From NCBI GenBank assembly GCA_964016885.1, contig OZ024743.1:168702001-168766000 (forward strand): DNA of 64,000 nt, read 5' to 3'. The notes under the pieces are model-generated. The model did not search any database. It was not told where the DNA came from and saw only the letters and a program-made list of their open reading frames with translations. The position numbers were made by a program, and so were the translations under genes. Shown one piece after another: positions 1 to 12,064 of the stretch. The stretch's first letter is position 1; every line of letters begins with the position of its first letter. This DNA comes from Eledone cirrhosa (lineage: Eukaryota).

Positions 1-150
1 CCGCGTGCTGGTTGAAGATAGTTCTGTTCGCCGACAGGTTTGACACTCTGTAGGAAACGCTTTTAATTATTGAGTTAATTATGCTCCTAGGGTGGCTGGA
101 GTGTCTATTGACATATTTTAGGTTTTCGTTTGGTTTATGGTATGGGCGGT
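1..150 (-). pseudogene. Penelope-like retroelement RT thumb fragment
   Basis: Minus strand translates as RPYHKPNENLKYVNRHSSHPRSIINSIIKSVSYRVSNLS, the PLE post-RT 'PYxKP..Y....S.HP' motif. It resembles 25155-25355. Confidence 0.7.
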
Positions 151-660
151 AATTAATTAGTTTTAAGCTATATTATATGATAAAATAAAATGACAGACAT
201 GAAATAAATTTAGCGAGAGAAATATTAAGATAAAGAGTGAAAAAAGAGTTATATAAATAAGAATATAAATATAAGAGGTTTTGATGTTGTTCTTTAATAG
301 ATGATGACAATTATAATTATAATTATGATTTTAATGATGATGATGCTGATAATGTGATATAATAGATCCAAGTGGTACACTCTGGGTTATGGAATAGATA
401 AGATGGAATTAAGCTGGTCTAAAGTTCTCAAATTTAGTCGCCGATTTATTTCGACAAAAAATAGTTTTTTCAATTTTATTGTTAAGAAGAATTTTGTTGT
501 AATTTAAAATTTGGAAAAGCCACCAGAACAGTAGAGAAACAGTACAGGATAGCATGAGGGAGATTGGATATGAGAAGGATGGAGAGAATGCGTACTGGGT
601 TTATGTAGGCGTTCTTTGATTTATTTTATCTATCTAACTATCTATCTATCTATCTATCTA

Positions 661-738
<78 letters not shown>

Positions 739-872
739 GAGAGAGAGAGAGTGAGAGAGATTAGATATATTTATATACATTTATATATATATATTTATTT
801 ATATATTTATATATCTATATATATATTATTCAGAATATTAATAAATGAAGACATTCACGTAATAAAAATATG

Positions 873-933
873 TTTTATTATATATATTTCGAAGGTACTG
901 TGCTTTTTTAAAGTACGTCCTCGTCAGATAAAA
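873..933 (-). ncRNA. Type I hammerhead ribozyme
   Basis: Minus: UUUUAU-CUGACGA-GGACGUACU..AGUACCUUC-GAAA-UAUAU-AUA-AUAAAA. Stems I and II pair and stem III is palindromic. Confidence 0.75.
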
Positions 934-1087
934 TACATGACTTGATGTATGACATACCTCAACGGTGTTGATGGCTCAATTCCAGTATTGGCAGTATATA
1001 TGCCAATACTGCCAATACTGCCAATACTGCCAATACTGGAATTGAACCATCAAGACCGTTGAGGTATGTCATACATCAATTCATGTA

Positions 1088-1149
1088 TTTTATCTGATGA
1101 GGACCTACTGAAAAATCAGCACAGTTCCTTCGAAAAATATATAATAAAA
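1088..1149 (+). ncRNA. Type I hammerhead ribozyme (second arm copy)
   Basis: TTTTAT-CTGATGA-ggacctactg..cagttccttc-GAAA-aatat-ATA-ATAAAA. Confidence 0.65.
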
Positions 1150-1344
1150 CATATTTTGATTATGTGAATGTCTTCATTTATTAATATTCTGAATAATATT
1201 AATAACTCCAGAAAACTTCGCTGTAGAGTGCTTTTAATCTATTGTAAAACTATATTCATTAAGTAATCAATGAACCATATTAATCTTTGTTCATATACAT
1301 ATATATTTATATATATATATAGTAATAATAATAAATTTGAAGAC

Positions 1345-1384
<40 letters not shown>

Positions 1385-1555
1385 TATATATATATTTATA
1401 TACACTCATCGTACCAGCGTCAACACAGTGGCGTGAATAGGATTATCGACAGCTAGAAATATCAGCCAAGTCCTTTCAACTGAGTTAGCTCTACAATTAA
1501 GGAGCCCTATATATAACCAAAATTAAATTAAGGATGTCATGTCTGAGTAACATGC

Positions 1556-1596
<41 letters not shown>

Positions 1597-1632
1597 TAAT
1601 GAATGGAAACTATATTTATATAACCATAATTA

Positions 1633-1694
1633 TTTTATTATATATATTTCAAGGGCAACCAAGGCAAATTATGGTGCGATTTCATCAGATAAAA
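1633..1694 (-). ncRNA. Type I hammerhead ribozyme (same stems I/III as 873-933, different stem II)
   Basis: Minus: TTTTAT-CTGATGA-aatcGCACCA..TGGtTGCcctt-GAAATATATATA-ATAAAA. Confidence 0.65.
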
Positions 1695-1842
1695 TACAAA
1701 TTTGTTTTACAAATAAATATTGATATACCCGCATAAAGACAACATTAACGTTTGAGGTTCGCTGGATAGTGGAAATAATATTTTATTGAGGGTGATTGAA
1801 AGTTATGAGTGAGTGAATCCCAACAAATTAAATATAACCTCA

Positions 1843-1844
<2 letters not shown>

Positions 1845-1886
<42 letters not shown>

Positions 1887-1887
1887 A

Positions 1888-1981
<94 letters not shown>

Positions 1982-1988
1982 ACATATA

Positions 1989-2033
<45 letters not shown>

Positions 2034-2078
2034 GTGTGTATATATATATACATATATATTTATATATATATTTATATA

Positions 2079-2137
<59 letters not shown>
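1845..2137. repeat. (TA)n microsatellite
   Basis: Direct inspection. Confidence 0.95.
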
Positions 2138-2164
2138 GTGTTACTGAACATTTATTATAATTCT

Positions 2165-2335
2165 TTGTACTTTTGGCATAAGGCCAGCAATTAACCAACT
2201 GGTTCTTTATGTTATCGACCCCGTACGGATGAAAGGCAGAGTTAACCTCGGCGAGATTTGAACTCTGATCATAAAGGGGCGTAACTCTATGCTTCAAAGT
2301 ATGGTGTCTGACCCTCTACCGATACTGCCAATCCA
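2165..2335 (-). mobile_element. tRNA-derived SINE, family A
   Basis: Reverse complement of the consensus GGATTGGCAGTATCGGTAGAGGGTC..GAGTTCAAATCYCGCCGAGGTTAACTTTGCCTTTCATCC..GGGGTCGATAA, with A and B boxes. Confidence 0.85.
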
Positions 2336-2430
2336 CAAAATGCTTGGTTTGTTTGTAAACAAACAGCCCCAATTATTAGCCGTACAGTGTCCGGCAACCA
2401 TCGCTTCCCTATTTGTTCAACACTGACAAA

Positions 2431-2480
2431 GGAACAATGAACTAGTTTCTAGCTTATTAACTGTCATCAGCATTGTGTCC
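2431..2480 (-). ncRNA. Minimal type I hammerhead ribozyme
   Basis: Minus: ACAAUG-CUGAUGA-cAGUUaauaAGCUa-GAAAC-UA-GUU-CAUUGU. Stem III is the palindrome ACUAGU. Confidence 0.85.
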
Positions 2481-2705
2481 CTGGGCAATGCTTTACTTCA
2501 CGTTGCTTCAGTCCACTCAGCTGGCAAAAATGAATTGTACCTGTAATTCAAAGGGCTAGGTTTGTCACACAGTGCGTCACGCTGAAACTGCTTTTGAACT
2601 ACGTTAAGGGTGTATGTGTCTGTGGAATGCTCAGCCACATGCATATTAATTTCATGTACAGGCTGTCTCGCTGTTCGAACCATTGGAACACTCGTCATCG
2701 GAACA
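2480..2705 (+). mobile_element. SINE family B, 5'-truncated
   Basis: Similar to 28440-28710 and 31480-31770 (gttgctycagtccactcagct..gtctgtggaatgctcagccac..ggaacactcgtc). Confidence 0.6.
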
Positions 2706-2722
2706 ATTATATTAGAGTAAGT

Positions 2723-2940
2723 GTGTGGTGGATTAGTAGAGTCGTTAAAGGGATTGACAAAAGGCTTAGCAATATTTGTTCTGGTTCTTTACGTTCGGAG
2801 TCCAGATCCAGCCGAGCCTAACTTTGCCTTTCACCTTCCAGGAGTCGATGAAATAAAATACCAGTATCGCACTGGCGTCGATTTAATTGACTTTCCACCT
2901 CCCTTCAAATTGCTGGCCTTGTGCAAAACGTAGACACAAT
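2723..2940 (+). mobile_element. tRNA-derived SINE with ~19 bp target-site duplication (TSD)
   Basis: Core AACTTTGCCTTTCACCTTCCAGGAGTCGATGAAATAAAATACCAG. CAATTATATTAGAG(t/a)AAGT flanks it at ~2704 and ~2937. Confidence 0.75.
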
Positions 2941-3015
2941 TATATTAGAGAAAGTTTATGTGTGTGTGTGTGTCTATATATATATATATATAAGTGTGTG
3001 TGTGCGTGCGCGTGT

Positions 3016-3262
3016 AGGCACGTGGCCTAATGGTAAGGGTGTTGAACTTACGCTCATAACGTTGTGAGTTCGATTCCTGGATCGCATGCTGTGTTCTTGA
3101 GCAAAACACTTCATTTCCTGTTGCTCCAGTATACTCAGCTGAAAATGAGTACCAGCAATAGCTGGGGGTTTAACCCTGCGATGGACTGGCATCCTGTCCA
3201 GGGGGAAGTCTTTCAGTCTCTTCATGCCATAAAACCTGGATAAGCACCGGCCAAATGAGAAT
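3016..3262 (+). mobile_element. tRNA-derived SINE (family B-related head)
   Basis: A box TGGCCTAATGG, B box GAGTTCGATTCC, then TTCTTGAGCAAAACACTT..GCTCCAGTATACTCAGCTG. Confidence 0.75.
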
Positions 3263-3462
3263 TCTGTCTTAAGACAGACTTTAGACTTAAGATATATATA
3301 TATATAAAAGAAATAAGATTTCGCTTCAAGCATAGCTTTATGCAAAATGTATAGAAATTTCGTATTTCTAAAGAAATACGGTTTTAGGAAGCCGTAGCTA
3401 TGCAAACACGGGGGGGGGGCTAACACCCTCTGATGGTGTCCAGCAGAAGCAAGGGGGATAAC

Positions 3463-3502
3463 CGTCTATGCATTTCAGGCTTGACTGGCCTTCGTCAGGA
3501 CG
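3463..3502 (-). ncRNA. Perfect minimal type I hammerhead ribozyme inside a long rod-like stem
   Basis: Minus: CGUC-CUGACGA-AGGC(cagucaa)GCCU-GAAA-UGC-AUA-GACG. Stem I is extended by GGGA/UCCC, GCAAG/CUUGC and GUCCAGCAG/CUGCUGGAC (3438-3531). Confidence 0.9.
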
Positions 3503-3549
3503 CTCCCTCCCACCGCTTGCGACTGCTGGACTTGAAAACAGCCGAGAAT

Positions 3550-3930
3550 ATACGAGAGTGCAAGGAAAGGAGAGGGAGAAAATTAATCGATACCAGGACT
3601 TAAAGTGGGAGGTAAAAAGGGTTTGGAACTGCCATGGAGTCAAGGTCTTCCCGATTGTCATAGGTGCACTAGGTACTATCTCAAAGTGTTTCCAAGGATG
3701 GTTAAAGAAGCCCCGAAGCCCCGCCTTATGGAACACATCCCAGTCCCGCTTTTTGGAACACTTCAAAAGGCTTACTTGCTGGGATCAGCAAGAATCCTCC
3801 GATACGTCCTGAATATCTGAGGCTGCAGGTAGCGGCTTGATATTCATTTCAACAAACTTTCCAGTTAAATAACATCAATGACTGAAACTCAAAGAATAAA
3901 AAGAATAATAATAATAATATTAATAATAAT
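3550..3930 (+). mobile_element. R4/Dong-like non-LTR retrotransposon 3' end (restriction-like endonuclease C-terminus, 3'UTR, TAA tail)
   Basis: EKINRYQDLKWEVKRVW..PIVIGALG..LLGSARILRYVLNI. Closely matches 56640-56970. Confidence 0.85.
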
Positions 3931-4118
3931 AATTGTTTCTACTTTACGCACAAGGCCAGCAATTACCCAGTGCATTACTGGTACTTTATTTTATCGACCC
4001 CGTAAGGATGAAAAGCAAAGTCAACCTCGGCGGGATTTGAACTCAGATCGTAAAGGGACGTAACTATGCTGGAAAGCATGGCGTCCGACCCTCTACCGAT
4101 ACTGCCAATCCATCGCCC
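3930..4118 (-). mobile_element. tRNA-derived SINE, family A
   Basis: Full-length match to the family consensus. Confidence 0.9.
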
Positions 4119-4124
4119 TTTAAT

Positions 4125-7100
4125 TAATAATGATTTCTTTATTAACCACAAGGGTTTCCATAAAGTAGACATTAAGGACAGTGCAGGACAATACAGTAAA
4201 AAACAAAAACAGAGGATGTAACAAAAAAATAACAATGAAAAATTCCCCAATAGGGGGGAGACTTCCGAGGGACATTCGTGGAGAAAGCCCATTAAAAAGC
4301 CACAATGACCCTGACCACCACGGCAAGTGCCCTCTCCCAGTTTTCCACCTTTAATTTACAGACACATACTCAGAGTAGGCCCATTCACTCGGGCCATTCT
4401 TGCCTCTCTCACCCATCTTTCAACAAAATGCTGGGAAGAGAGCACTTCCTTTTCTACCCTGATTTTTCTTTTCAAATGAAATTTGAAAAAGTTAATCAGG
4501 GCATCACCGAAGAGGTAAGTGCTCGTCTTCAGCCCTTTCAAACGTGTCCACCATACTATCTCTTTCGCCATGGCCACCAGACAGATAAAAACTGCCTGCC
4601 CTTCCCGGCTAAAGGAAGAGGGCGGGGCAATCCTCACGATGGACTCAGCTGATAGCCGGATCCGTCCTACGCGCGACAGCAGGTGTTCGACATAAACCCA
4701 TAATTCAGCAATGCTCGGACACTGGACGAGTGCGTGCAGGACGGTTTCGTCGCCCTGCGCGCATCTCGGACATCCCCGGCTGACGGCACCTCCATGCCTG
4801 TAGAGTTTATCCCGAACTGGCAAAGCTCCTCGGTAGCACTGCCAAGCCAGAGATTTCTGGAAGTTGTCCATAGGCCCCGGCCCGAAAGTTCTTCCGAAGA
4901 GATTGGCTAGTTGATTTTCGTCGACGCCTGGAGTTTCCCCAAGTACGTCGTCGCTCTTCCCCTCCACTAATCCTCTATAGAACGCCAAGGTGGAGTTAAC
5001 ACCGATCACATTGCCCGATTGGTCGGGAGCTGTGAGCGCCTGAAGAAATTCCAGTCTCCAAGCGCTCCCTCTCGGTCTTCGCTTGACCCAGGACTGCAAC
5101 TCCGTCAAGGAGACGAGCTGGTTGAAAGACGCATCTAGCAAACGGAGACCACACCAGATCACCGTCGAGGAAGAGGTGGAGATGTCGTAGCCTGAGCGCG
5201 TGTCTGCGCATCATCAGCCACGGCATTCCCAGCCCTCCACGTAGCGGGTATTGACAGCAGATTGACCGCCTGACCATCGGCGCGTCCCTTCCACAAAAAG
5301 CGAAAGAGCAAACGCTCCAGCGCAGTCAGGCGGGGCTTAGGACAAGGTACGACGGTCAGGCGGTAGTAGATGACAGACGCGATATACGCGTTAGCCACCA
5401 CCTCCGCTCGACCTTTCAGGGATAGCTTCCTCTCGGCCCATTTCTGGGTGAGAGAAGCCACCCTGCTCGTCACCTCGTCCCAGTTTTTGTTCGTCTGGAG
5501 ATCCGGACCGAACCAGACCCCGAGCAATTTAACTGTCCGTCCGTCAAGCGCCCGACGACGCTGTTGGACGGCATGGACCTACCTCTCCAGGTGCCGAGCT
5601 GCAGGCCCACTGACTTTCCCTGGTTGATCATTGCTCCTGTCACCGCTTCGTATTCTTAGTGTAGTGCCGATCGCCTCGACGTGTTTGGCGTTCGACACCA
5701 CTACGGTGACATCGTCCGCATATGCTGACACGGATCTTCCGCATCCTAGTTCGCGCGGGACCCCACTCAAAGTCTCCAATTTGTGCAGTAATGGCTCGAG
5801 AGTCAATACGCACAAGAGGGACGAGAGGGGACATCCTTGGCGGACCGAGCGCATGATGTTGAACGGTTCCGAAAGGTGACCTTTCACTCTCACCACAGAG
5901 CAGATGTCGTTGTGCATGGCAGCGATCCAGCCTCTGAAGACGGACCCAAAGCCAGCCGCCTTCAGGACTGCCGCAAGGTAACGATGGTCGACCCTATCGA
6001 AAGGTTTCGACTGATCTAAATTGATCATGGACCCATCCGTGCCAGGTTCTCTAGTTACCCTCTCTACGATGTATCGCATGAGGTGGAGAATGGCGCATGT
6101 CTGCGCCGCTCTCACCAGACCACCAACGACAAGCGCCAACCTCTTTGCTAGCACCTTGGCCAAAATCTTGAACTCTGTGTTTAGCAGAGCTATGGGCCTG
6201 ATATTATCTATGTTATCCCCCTTGTTCGGATCCTTTCTCAGCAGCGCCAGTTGCAGTTGCCAGTTGCAGTAGACGTCCGCCAAGAGGCCTCCGAACAAGT
6301 CTGGCATCTGTACGTAAAGTTCATAGGGAAGACCATGCAAACCAGGCGATTTACCCCTTGTATATCCAGTCGTTGCCTCCCGTACTTCAGCGGCTGTTAT
6401 CGGCTTTTCGCAACACTCCGCCTCAGTGGCTGAGAGCCGCGGCAGTCAGTCGATATAGACACTAAAGTCCATCCCTCGATCCGGCCCGCCGCTGACCCCG
6501 AACAGCTGAGCGAAGTGTCGCTGAAAAGCTTCACACATTTGCCCGGGATCGAGTAGCATTCGCCCGTCGGGGTCCACCAAAGACCGAATCATGGCTTTAT
6601 TGCCACGACGCGCCTCCGTCACTCGGGCCCATTGAACGGATTTCAACCACTCGTGTCTGAGAGCACGCTCCCTAGCTCTAACAACGCAGCCTTCGTGCTT
6701 TGCATTGAAGAATTGGTCAAGGGCCAATTTCGCCGCAAGTACGTCGGTCGCGATGCCTTTGCTAAGCGCCTCGTCTAACTTTCTAACTAGTTCTCCCTCT
6801 GCTCTGTTTTTCTCTATTGCTAAATCCTTACTAAACCTAATGGATTCTATTCTAATCCCTCTTTTCAGAGCAAAGCACCACTTGTTGTTGACGATGGCCC
6901 CCGTCAGCGCCCGCTTAACTGGTTCGCTAATCCGGTCTCTGTAGGCCTTGCGCGCTGGTAAGGACGCGTTCAGCTTCCAGTAGCCGGGTCCTCGTCTATG
7001 GAGCCTATCTAAGTCAAGCACACAGATCACGAATTTGTGGTCCGTGTAGCTGACTATCTTGAATTGAGCCTATGCTAGACCTATCTATTTCCCTACAAAA

Positions 7101-8465
7101 TACTCTATCTAGATATGATCTGGATGACCCTATGCGGTTTGTCCAAGTCCACATTGGCATATTCGGGAAATTCTATCGGTACCGGTCAGACAGTTCAAAA
7201 CGCCTGAGCAGGTTGGTGAGGCTCTTGCACCCTCCTCCCCTATCCACTAATCCCACACAGTCCCAGCGTGCATCTAATATCCTGTTCCAGTCGCCCACTA
7301 ACAGTAAATATCGGGACCTTCCAAGAAAGGTCTCCAGACGCCGGAAGAAATCAGGCCGCCCTGCTCCTGTCGGGGCATAGACGGCCACTAACCTGAAAGC
7401 TTGCCCGTCTCCGCTGGTCACATCCAGCACCAGCAACTTACCTTCTGGGTCCAGGAAGATGGCCCACATGGCGAGATCCAAACCTCTCTGAAAAAGCACA
7501 GCAATTCCTCCCTCCGATCCAGGACGGCTGGGAGATGCGTACACATCGCAGCCGCCGAAGATTGGTGCGAAGGCCCGTGCTTAGGAGATTCTGGTCTCGC
7601 TGATGGCCACCACATCTATGTTTAGCGACCTGAGATCGTTCAGCAGGTGGCCCTTTCTTCCAAGACGACCCCAGGCCACGTACATTTATGCTACCTATTC
7701 TGAGAATAGCCATGTTAGCTAGGATAGGAGGAAAACAAGTGAGAGGTGAGAGGTACAAAAAAATATTACCTGTGGCTCTTCTTTAGGAAGGGGGTGGGTG
7801 ATCCATTCCGACCATTGGTGGGTTTCTCCACGAGAATATCCGTGAATATTCTTTTGGTGATGTTCCCTCGGTAGTCTCCAATTGATGTGGGGAACATTTT
7901 TTATGTTATGTAATTTTTTTGTGTAATTTTTAATATTTTTATGTGTGTGGGGGGTGCAATGTTGGTGGTTTGTACGTAGTTTGTTTCAGTGATGTTGGTG
8001 TGGTGTTGAATGTAATTTAAAAGCTTTGTGTTGTCTGTGTCTATGGCTGTGTATTGTGTCTGCTGTTTGAGTGTTGTTGTTTTCTGTGTTTGCTGTCGTC
8101 TTGTTGGAGGTGACGATGGGGTAGATGGTAAGGGTGTTGTTGTTGTTGGTGGTGGTGGTGATGGTGTAGGTGGTTGTGGGTGTGTGGCTGTTGATGGTGA
8201 TGGAGGAAGTGGGGTAGTTTTAATTTTATTCTCTTTTAAGGTTCTTTCTTCCTCTTTATTTTTTTTTGGGAGGGGGGGGGGGGTAGTTCTTCCTTTGGGG
8301 GGGGGGGGTAGTTCTTCCTTTTTTTCGTTGGAATAGTTCTCCACTCTTCGGCCTCATCGCACTCTTTGTCCGATTTGGCTATATCAGGAAGGGGTATGCT
8401 ATCCATTGGTTTTGTGGTTGGTGGAAGAGATGGTGTTTTTGTTGTTGGGGATGGTGATTTCCCTT
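4125..8465 (-). mobile_element. Tx1/L1-clade LINE, decayed (ORF1 remnant, APE endonuclease, RT, C-terminal zinc region)
   Basis: Endonuclease SINVRGL..GDWN (7173-7758); RT RPIALLNTEFKILAK, DQSKPFDRVDH, QGCPLS, YADD (5579-6340); LSLKGR..FLW (5159-5527); CPRC..ETVLHALVQC (4356-5162). There are several frameshifts. Confidence 0.92.
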
Positions 8466-8527
8466 TAATGATAATAATAATAATTAGGGAACAAAGAATC
8501 AGTATTGCATCATATACTTATCTAATT

Positions 8528-8618
8528 ACATATTACATATGTTTCACTGCCGATCACCTCGAGGAACGATCGATTATGTTCGTTCCTAACTCTGGAATCG
8601 AAAGCTCCTCACATATGC
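8528..8618 (-). ncRNA. Hammerhead with 60-nt stem II domain (C3 mutated to G)
   Basis: Minus: GCAUAU-GUGAGGA-GCUUUCGAUU..GAUCGGCAGU-GAAAC-AUAU-GUA-AUAUGU. Internal hairpin AGGAACGA/UCGUUCCU. Confidence 0.65.
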
Positions 8619-8997
8619 GTTCTCACATGTAGACTAACGTCCAAATGTTGCTGAATTGTTACACACCCGATTTGTTATTTCGGGTTTCCACAGACTTTGT
8701 TAGAAGAAATAGGTCATCGTCTACTTTATCATGCTAGATTGTGTTTGGGCATAGGCGACCAAGAATATATATATATATATATACGGGATAACAGATTATT
8801 GTTATAGGTAGTCAACTTAGGTGTAGTCCAGTTAGGGTACTCCGAGTAGTGGATGATATCAACGCTTGGCTAAGTTTGACTCAACAAGGCGTTTCCAGAG
8901 TGATGCTGCGAGTACGCGGTGATTTCTATGTTGTTAACACTTGGAGTAATGATAAATCAGGAAAGAAGGGTGACACGGTTTGCTATACAAAAAAGGT

Positions 8998-9095
8998 GAC
9001 AATTGTTTCTCTGGTAGGTCTAGAGATCGCTACCCGCTTGTTTTCGTGTCATTCGATCACCAATACATAGTTGTAATCAGTCTATTCATCAGAGC
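8998..9095 (-). ncRNA. Long-stem-II hammerhead with the 3' strand of stem I deleted
   Basis: Minus: GCU-CUGAUGA-(~75 nt)-GAAAC-AAUU-GUC, followed by a deletion relative to the 9636 copy. Confidence 0.6.
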
Positions 9096-9635
9096 TTGTG
9101 AGAATGAAAGGAATATATAGTAATGGCATTCAATCAGAACAATAACAACAATACCAACAATGCTAGCAATAAATTATTTGAAATAATCATAACATCAATC
9201 TAAGTAAGAAATATAGTATATCTACGACTTTAGCGTGTAAAGCTAGCTGACATGAGGCAGATGTATGAAATTGACATGTAAAAGCTGTCATTGGGTGTAT
9301 TATATATAGTGTAGAGATAAGCCGGTGGCTTTATACAATGTACCATTTCCTTTACTGTAGGTAAGAATCATTTATTATCATTGTAGTGAGGATAGTAATA
9401 TTTGAAGTGTGAGGTGGGTTCAATATTTATGTGGTCTATATTAGATGAAGGGATTGTTAGTTCGAATCATGGGTTGTTTAGCTTTCACATCATCAATAAC
9501 ATACATGTTTCTTACTTAGATTGATGTTGTGATTATTTCAAATAATTTATTGATAGTATTGTTGGTATTGTTGTTATTGTTCTGATTGAATGCCATTACT
9601 ATATATAGAAGCCATGCCTGTATATTCCTTTCATT

Positions 9636-9754
9636 CTCACAAGCTCTGACAAATTGACTGGTTACAACTATGTATTGGTGATCGAATGAGGCGAAAACAA
9701 GCGAGTAGCGACCTCTAGACCTACCAGTTCAGAGAAACAATTGTCAGCAATGAG
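9636..9754 (+). ncRNA. Long-stem-II hammerhead (core mutated to CTGACAA)
   Basis: ctca..GCT-CTGACAA-atTGACTGGT..ACCAGtTCAga-GAAAC-AATT-GTC-AGC..tgag. Confidence 0.6.
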
Positions 9755-9798
9755 ATTAAAAACCTTTTTTGTATAGCAAACCGTGTCACTCGTCTTTC

Positions 9799-9877
<79 letters not shown>

Positions 9878-10803
9878 GGGGAGAGGGAGAGAGAGAGAGA
9901 CGTATTAGAAGTATATATATATTTGTGCGTGAGTGTATGTGACAGTTGCTTATTAACAGTTATTCACTTTCACTGTTTTATGGGTATTTTGTAATATTGA
10001 TATTACGCATAAAAATAGAGTTACGACTCAATGCACATTTTCATAAATACGTATATACATGGACATACACACTCATGCACATACACGCACACGTATATAA
10101 TGAGTGTGCACATGCGTGTGCTAGAGAAATATGCAACAAAAGATAGAGAGATCACGTATGTACATGTGTACGTATTTCTTTGTATGTATGCATTATATAG
10201 ACATTGTACTAATGCCTCTACTGCGCTTATACATACACATAAACATTCACACCAGCCAATATATGTACGCAAGCACACACACGAATAATATATATTATTT
10301 TTAATAACTGACTCAGCATACAAAATGGGTCATATTCAAAGCGAGGTCGGGGTCACGCTAAACTTCGAAGTATGAAGATCGTTACTATTGTTCATAATTC
10401 AAATATATTTATTAGGACACCATATAAACAAAGAAATTTCGCGTTTATGCCTCATTTCATTAGTCTCTCTTTTTTTTTCTTCGCTTGATTCAGTAGTTTT
10501 CTTTTTTGCTATAGGAATATGTCACGTGTGCGTGTGCACGCGTTTCTATACACCTGCATGTATTTGTGTTTGTATATATTGATTCGTCTATCTATATGTA
10601 TACTTCCACGCTTCTAATTAAAATAAAAACTAGTTTTATTTACATTAAATATATACGCTGTGTTTTGCATAAATATTTATATAAATATTAATTAATTAAT
10701 TAATTACATTGCCAAAAGAATGCAAGTCATGCAAATTAGACTGCTAATTTCATTTATCAGTTGGCATATATAGTGCTAATGTTGAGGCAGAATCAAAGTG
10801 GTG

Positions 10804-10850
10804 TTATTTTCTGATGAGTAGAGGATAATGTCTGAAACACATAAAGATAA
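10804..10850 (+). ncRNA. Minimal type I hammerhead ribozyme
   Basis: TTATTTT-CTGATGA-gtAGAggataatgTCT-GAAA-cac-ATA-AAGATAA. Confidence 0.6.
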
Positions 10851-11119
10851 TTTCATGTATTTCTGTGTGTAGAGAGAATAGTCGAATGAGTGTTTACACA
10901 TACATTTTTTAACAGCTTTCAAGTGAACTTCCTTTCAAAGTATTTTCACATTATGCACCCTTTTGGCTGTAATACATTACAGATAAACAAGCAAGCAAGC
11001 AATCGCAGAGTTTTAGTAATATATAGACATAACCTTCTTCAAGGGAATGGTATTTCGACAAAAATGCTTATTTTGTATAATTGTATTATATACATTCACT
11101 CTACACCATTTTCTGAGTA

Positions 11120-11123
<4 letters not shown>

Positions 11124-11202
<79 letters not shown>

Positions 11203-11245
11203 CCCCCACACACACACACTCACACACACACACACGTACACACAT
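11124..11245. repeat. (CA)n microsatellite
   Basis: Direct inspection. Confidence 0.95.
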
Positions 11246-11926
11246 ATATGCATAATAACATATTGAGATTGTGTGTGAAACTAATAAGACTCTGTTTTTG
11301 CATTTCTGTTTTTGGTTTGTCATTACTTGAATTATATATATATATAACATAGATAACAATCACATTTTGTTTAGGGCATTTACTTGCTTACGATCGTTTC
11401 TTCCAGACATAAGTCTGGATTGAGCGGACCATAGAAAACGTTAAAAGAAATAAATTCCTAATCATTAGTGCATTCAACAGGGTACATTATACGTGAGAAG
11501 ACTAATTATAATTGTTAGTGTCAGTTACAATATATTAAAGTGTAAGAGCAAAAGATTATTATACTGAAATGATTATAATGAAAAGAGAGTAATAAAATAT
11601 TATAAAGAAAATTTGTTTGAAAGCTATAATATAAGTATTCTGAGGTATATGATATATATAAGGATTATTACTTATATGAAAATATCATAATAAAAATATA
11701 TCAATAATATCATATCAGGAATATTAATAATAGTAGAGATGTAACACCTATATGTATGCTCTTACTACACAATTGTCTTACATTTATTGCATGTTCTCTA
11801 CTCTTATTAATATTGCTGATATGATATTCTTGATATAATATTTTGCAATCACCTGTTCAGAGTGCACACATTTAGTTTTGCTGTAGAGCGTTGGCTGTGT
11901 TTTTGATTAGAGATGTAGATTAAAAT

Positions 11927-12050
11927 TCCTGAACGATTGTTTCTGTGTAATATTTCTTTACAGATGCAGATTTTACTACTGCAGTGTTCAGAAAATCACT
12001 TAAAATAAGCAGATAATTAGGCAATCGGGCTTTACACGTCTTCAGCAGGA
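11927..12050 (-). ncRNA. Hammerhead with 95-nt stem II domain
   Basis: Minus: UCCUG-CUGAAGA-cGUGUAA..UUACACa-GAAAC-AAUC-GUU-CAGGA. Confidence 0.75.
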
Positions 12051-12064
12051 CTGCCCAGTAATAT

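Larger units (their letters stand above)
823..1199. repeat. Fold-back inverted repeat (~170 bp arms) carrying two hammerhead motifs
   Basis: 823-995 is the reverse complement of ~1027-1199. The centre has four copies of TGCCAATAC. Confidence 0.9.
8780..9803. mobile_element. Penelope-like pseudo-LTR (pLTR) pair in inverted orientation
   Basis: 8957-9211 is inverted at 9508-9803. Same family as 49585-51715 and 55462-55861. Confidence 0.75.

Noticed and set aside
1001-1036. Short direct repeats as CRISPR-like
   Set aside because: They are contiguous 9-mers with no spacers, in a eukaryotic context.
11383-11430. HHR-like UCCAGAC/GUCUGGA-aGAAAC-GAUC-GUA-AGC on the minus strand
   Set aside because: The CUGANGA box is missing, so it is a relic at best.
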